A DNA stretch of 64,000 nucleotides from Basidiobolus meristosporus CBS 931.73 (lineage: Eukaryota > Fungi > Basidiobolomycota): positions 79,667 to 143,666 of the forward strand of contig MCFE01000172.1 of the NCBI GenBank assembly GCA_002104905.1, written 5' to 3'. The number at the start of each line of letters is the position of its first letter. Within the stretch, counting starts at the first letter, position 1. Made by a program: the position numbers and the translations under genes. The notes below the pieces were generated by a model. It worked only from the letters and a program-made list of their open reading frames with translations. It was not told the origin of the DNA and did not search any database. Below, piece by piece: positions 61,408 to 64,000 of the stretch.

Positions 61408-63218
61408 GGGGGGGAGACAGTCACCAACAGGTGAAATCTTTATTTCAGTTGAAACAAAGAAGCCAGCGCTACTGTTGTAGCTTTGATACAAGAGTGTGTA
61501 GCTGAGGGGAATTTGTAGGTAAGTTAATAAGAAGTGATGATAGTTCTTCAGTGCTCAAGACACTGTTCAGTGGGAAGGGGGGTAGCAAGAGAGGTAAGAA
61601 TGATTTTGAACAACATTAATGAGGGGAATGTGATAAGGATTGATATTCATCATAAAGGGAGTGTGCTGCTGCAGATATTGCTGCCAAAGGTCTGTCAAGT
61701 ACTTCAGGTAGGCCAGCTTAGGTTTTTCTGACTGCAGAATATAGTGAGCAAACTTCTTGACTTCAGGATCTCCAAGTATAGTTCTCCAGCAGGAGCCAGG
61801 TGTTGTGTGGTGTGTTCTCTTCCAGGCCTTAATCAGTGGGTTGTTGCAGTTGTGAAGTCTGAGGTATAATCTGGTTCTAAGGTAGAGAAGTCTGATCTTA
61901 TAGGGCATAAACCCAAAAGCACCAAGAATAGCATGTCTGTAGGGGCATTCAGGCAAATGAGGCACCAAGGAGGTAATGCACCATACTGCAAACTTGTCAA
62001 GCTTAGTGCAGTCTCTAGAAGTAAGAGAGAGAAGTGGTAAGCCAAATTCCAGGACAGGGAAGACAAACTGCTTGAGTAGAAGGAGGCAGCTGGGAGCTGA
62101 AGTTGTAGGAGGAGTAACAGCCAGTAGCTTGTGGAGTGCCTGTCTTGCCAGGATAATTCTCTTCTTCAGGTGTGCTCCAGAGTCTATTCCAGTAGGAAGG
62201 AAAGGAAAGCCAAGATATGTAGCAGAAACCTGAGCAGGTAGAGTGGAGTTCTCCAAGTTGATGGGAGAGCCCAAAGGTACTGTCTTTGCAATGGAAAGCG
62301 GGAGATTATTCTTCTGCAGATACTGGTGGATGGTCTGGGAGTCTTGTTGCACATTGGAGGAGGATATTCTGATGTCATCAGCAAAGAGAGTAACCAGGCA
62401 GTCAGCTGAGAGTCTTGGGAAATCATTCAGGAAGATGGCAAACAGTATAGGACCAAGCACAGAGCCTTGAACCACTCCATTAGGAACTGAGAACACAGCT
62501 GATTGCTCACTTGGGTGCAGAATTCTTGCTTGTGGATCCAGAAATAGAGACCTGACAAGGAGGGTGAGAGAGGTACTGGAGAAGCATTGCAACTTGGACC
62601 AAAGCAGATTTCTGTCAACAGAATCAAAGGCCTTAGTAATATCAAACAGAACAGAGGGATACTTGCACTGGAGAGAGTGATCTTGGCTAAGTATGACTGC
62701 ATATTCCAAGGAGAGGCCAGGAACAAAGCCAAACTGTGCAGGATGAAACTTGAGGGAGTCAGAGTAGAGCTCCTGAGCAAGCAGAAGCTCAAACACCTTT
62801 CTGCAGGTGGGCAGCAGAGATATTGGCCTGTAGGAGCTAGGATCCAGGTGCTTTCCTTTACCCTTGTACAGTGGCAGAACATTTGCAAAGGACCATTCCT
62901 CAGGAGTAGAAAGCTGGGCTGAGCATTGTTGAAACAGTGGAAGCAGAAGTGCAGACATGCCCTTGGTACTAGTCTTCAGAAGCTCATAGGAGATTGTGTC
63001 CACACCTGGAGCAGTAGAGTTGGGAAGCCTCTTGAGCACATTATGGTTTCTCCTTTGATCAAGTGCAAGTGGGATGGGCAGAGTCTTGAAGTCAGGATGA
63101 AAGCCAGGAGTTGAGTACTGCTTTGTAGAGAAGAAGATGTTAGCCAGCTGTTCTGTTGAAGGTAACTTCCTGGAGGAGGGCCTCATTGCCCTGTAGAGTC
63201 TTGATACTGTTCTTGTTA
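61408..63218 (-). mobile_element. Non-LTR retrotransposon copy B, more deeply 5'-truncated, about 99% identical to copy A
   Basis: Same 3' terminus (G7 on +). Matches copy A up to ..TGTTCTTGTTA (copy A 61113), then switches to telomeric repeats. Confidence 0.9.
61567..63186 (-). CDS. Non-LTR reverse transcriptase, copy B (539 aa; 1-nt deletion near 61605 shifts and shortens the C-terminus)
   Basis: Near-identical to copy A from MRPSSRK onward. Copy A GACTTGTGAAC versus copy B GATTTTGAAC on +. Confidence 0.88.
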   Translation of the reverse strand: MRPSSRKLPSTEQLANIFFSTKQYSTPGFHPDFKTLPIPLALDQRRNHNVLKRLPNSTAPGVDTISYELLKTSTKGMSALLLPLFQQCSAQLSTPEEWSFANVLPLYKGKGKHLDPSSYRPISLLPTCRKVFELLLAQELYSDSLKFHPAQFGFVPGLSLEYAVILSQDHSLQCKYPSVLFDITKAFDSVDRNLLWSKLQCFSSTSLTLLVRSLFLDPQARILHPSEQSAVFSVPNGVVQGSVLGPILFAIFLNDFPRLSADCLVTLFADDIRISSSNVQQDSQTIHQYLQKNNLPLSIAKTVPLGSPINLENSTLPAQVSATYLGFPFLPTGIDSGAHLKKRIILARQALHKLLAVTPPTTSAPSCLLLLKQFVFPVLEFGLPLLSLTSRDCTKLDKFAVWCITSLVPHLPECPYRHAILGAFGFMPYKIRLLYLRTRLYLRLHNCNNPLIKAWKRTHHTTPGSCWRTILGDPEVKKFAHYILQSEKPKLAYLKYLTDLWQQYLQQHTPFMMNINPYHIPLINVVQNHSYLSCYPPSH

Positions 63219-63249
63219 GGGTTGGGTTAGGGTTAGGGTTGGGTTAGGG
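63216..63249 (+). repeat. Short internal telomeric tract with TTGGG variants: (TTAGGG TTGGG TTAGGG)x2
   Basis: Read directly between copy B and the SINE-like element. Confidence 0.95.
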
Positions 63250-63770
63250 GGAGGAAAGTCACCAAGTGGTGAAATCTTTATTTACTTATGACAAGTATCT
63301 AAAGAAGCCAAGTTAATCTGAAGTAATTCCTAGAAAGCTAGGTCTGAGAGATATCTTCCTGGTAAGCCAGGTCTGAGAGTTGAGAAGCTGAGTGGTACTA
63401 TATTTCCTAGTTAGCTAGGTCTGAGAGAGGTTTCCTGGAAAGCCAGGCCTGAGAAGTGAGAATCTGAATATATCTGAGCTAAGTTATAATGGTTTGCGGT
63501 AGCTAAATTGTGGCCGGAATGGCCAGTAGACTGGGGGAACTGAGATGAATTTCTGGGCGATCACTGGCCAAATTTACTAGGCAAATCTGGCCAATTAGCA
63601 TTTCAAGGATTTCAGCCAATCAGAACCTTTACTTTGCCCGATGCTTGATCAAGCCATCTCCCAATGAGCACACATCAATTTATTAATCAAATTTTGCTGG
63701 ATCCAGGATTTGAACCCACAACCATGGGTATGGAAGGGTTAGGGATAACCACAAGGCTAAGTGTTCTTGG
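63247..63770 (-). mobile_element. Candidate tRNA-derived SINE sharing its 3' tail with the adjacent LINE
   Basis: Minus strand has an A-box-like TAGCCTTGTGG (63759-63749) and B-box GGTTCAAATCC (63716-63706) at tRNA spacing, no T4 run in 520 nt, no long ORF, and a 3' terminal ~36 nt nearly identical to the LINE 3' end. Confidence 0.75.
63706..63759 (-). promoter_or_regulatory. Internal Pol III type-2 promoter (A-box and B-box)
   Basis: A-box matches TRGCNNAGYGG with one mismatch; B-box matches GTTCRANNC exactly; 32 nt between them. Confidence 0.65.
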
Positions 63771-64000
63771 TTAGGGTTAGGGTTAGGGTTAGGTAGGTTA
63801 GGGTTAGGGTTAGGGTTAGGGTTAGGGTTAGGGTTAGGGTTAGGGTTAGGGTTAGGGTTAGGGTTAGGGTTAGGGTTAGGGTTAGGGTTAGGGTTAGGGT
63901 TAGGGTTAGGGTTAGGGTTAGGGTTAGGGTTAGGGTTAGGGTTAGGGTTAGGGTTAGGGTTAGGGTTAGGGTTAGGGTTAGGGTTAGGTTAGGGTTAGGG
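63771..64000 (+). repeat. Terminal telomere (TTAGGG)n, G-strand on +, with occasional variants (TAGG, TTAGG)
   Basis: About 38 units running to the end of the window. Confidence 0.98.

Noticed and set aside
59728-63114. Numerous short ORFs overlapping the RT on both strands, duplicated in both copies
   Set aside because: Shadow frames of the RT ORF; they recur only because the element is repeated.
59363-63186. RT as telomerase (TERT) or Penelope-like element
   Set aside because: Motifs (YRPISLL, QFGF, KAFDSV, QGSVLGP, FADD, YLG) are those of non-LTR RTs; no TERT T/CP motifs seen. A phylogeny would be needed for the exact clade.
59303-63218. Assembly artefact or simple tandem duplication
   Set aside because: The copies differ at about 15 positions, have different truncation points and have distinct telomeric junctions. 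Raw-read confirmation is still advisable.
63694-63766. Functional tRNA gene
   Set aside because: A and B boxes are present, but the acceptor and anticodon stems do not pair, so it is treated as a tRNA-derived head.
1-64000. CRISPR arrays, rRNA or prokaryotic defence systems
   Set aside because: The sequence is eukaryotic and intron-containing; no repeat-spacer arrays or rRNA signatures were seen.

Overview
Eukaryotic chromosome end, most consistent with an early-diverging fungus (inferred from short GT-AG introns with CTAAC/CTGAC branch sites, Chs7, Mei2 and Bck1-type genes, and TTAGGG telomeres). Positions 1-59114 are ordinary gene-dense sequence: a hybrid STK-AAA-GAF-PAS histidine kinase, a J-protein, an Rcf2-like protein, two Chs7 paralogues flanking an F-box/PP2-like gene, isochorismatase, acyl-CoA oxidase, epoxide hydrolase, Mei2-like protein, Bck1-like MAPKKK, two Avt2-like transporters, a MADS-box factor, RPS27 and a secreted gulonolactone-oxidase-like FAD enzyme. 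The last 4.7 kb are the exceptional part. Two 5'-truncated copies of a non-LTR (LINE-type) RT element (about 99% identical) are followed by a ~520 bp element with a tRNA-like Pol III head and the same 3' tail as the LINE (a candidate SINE), and then the terminal (TTAGGG)n tract. All three point away from the telomere, end in an oligo-C tail rather than poly(A), and are separated from each other by telomeric repeat units. This is the layout expected for retroelements reverse-transcribed directly onto the G-strand 3' end, alternating with telomere-repeat addition: a candidate telomere-targeted LINE/SINE pair. Spliced gene models and family assignments were made by eye, without database searches.
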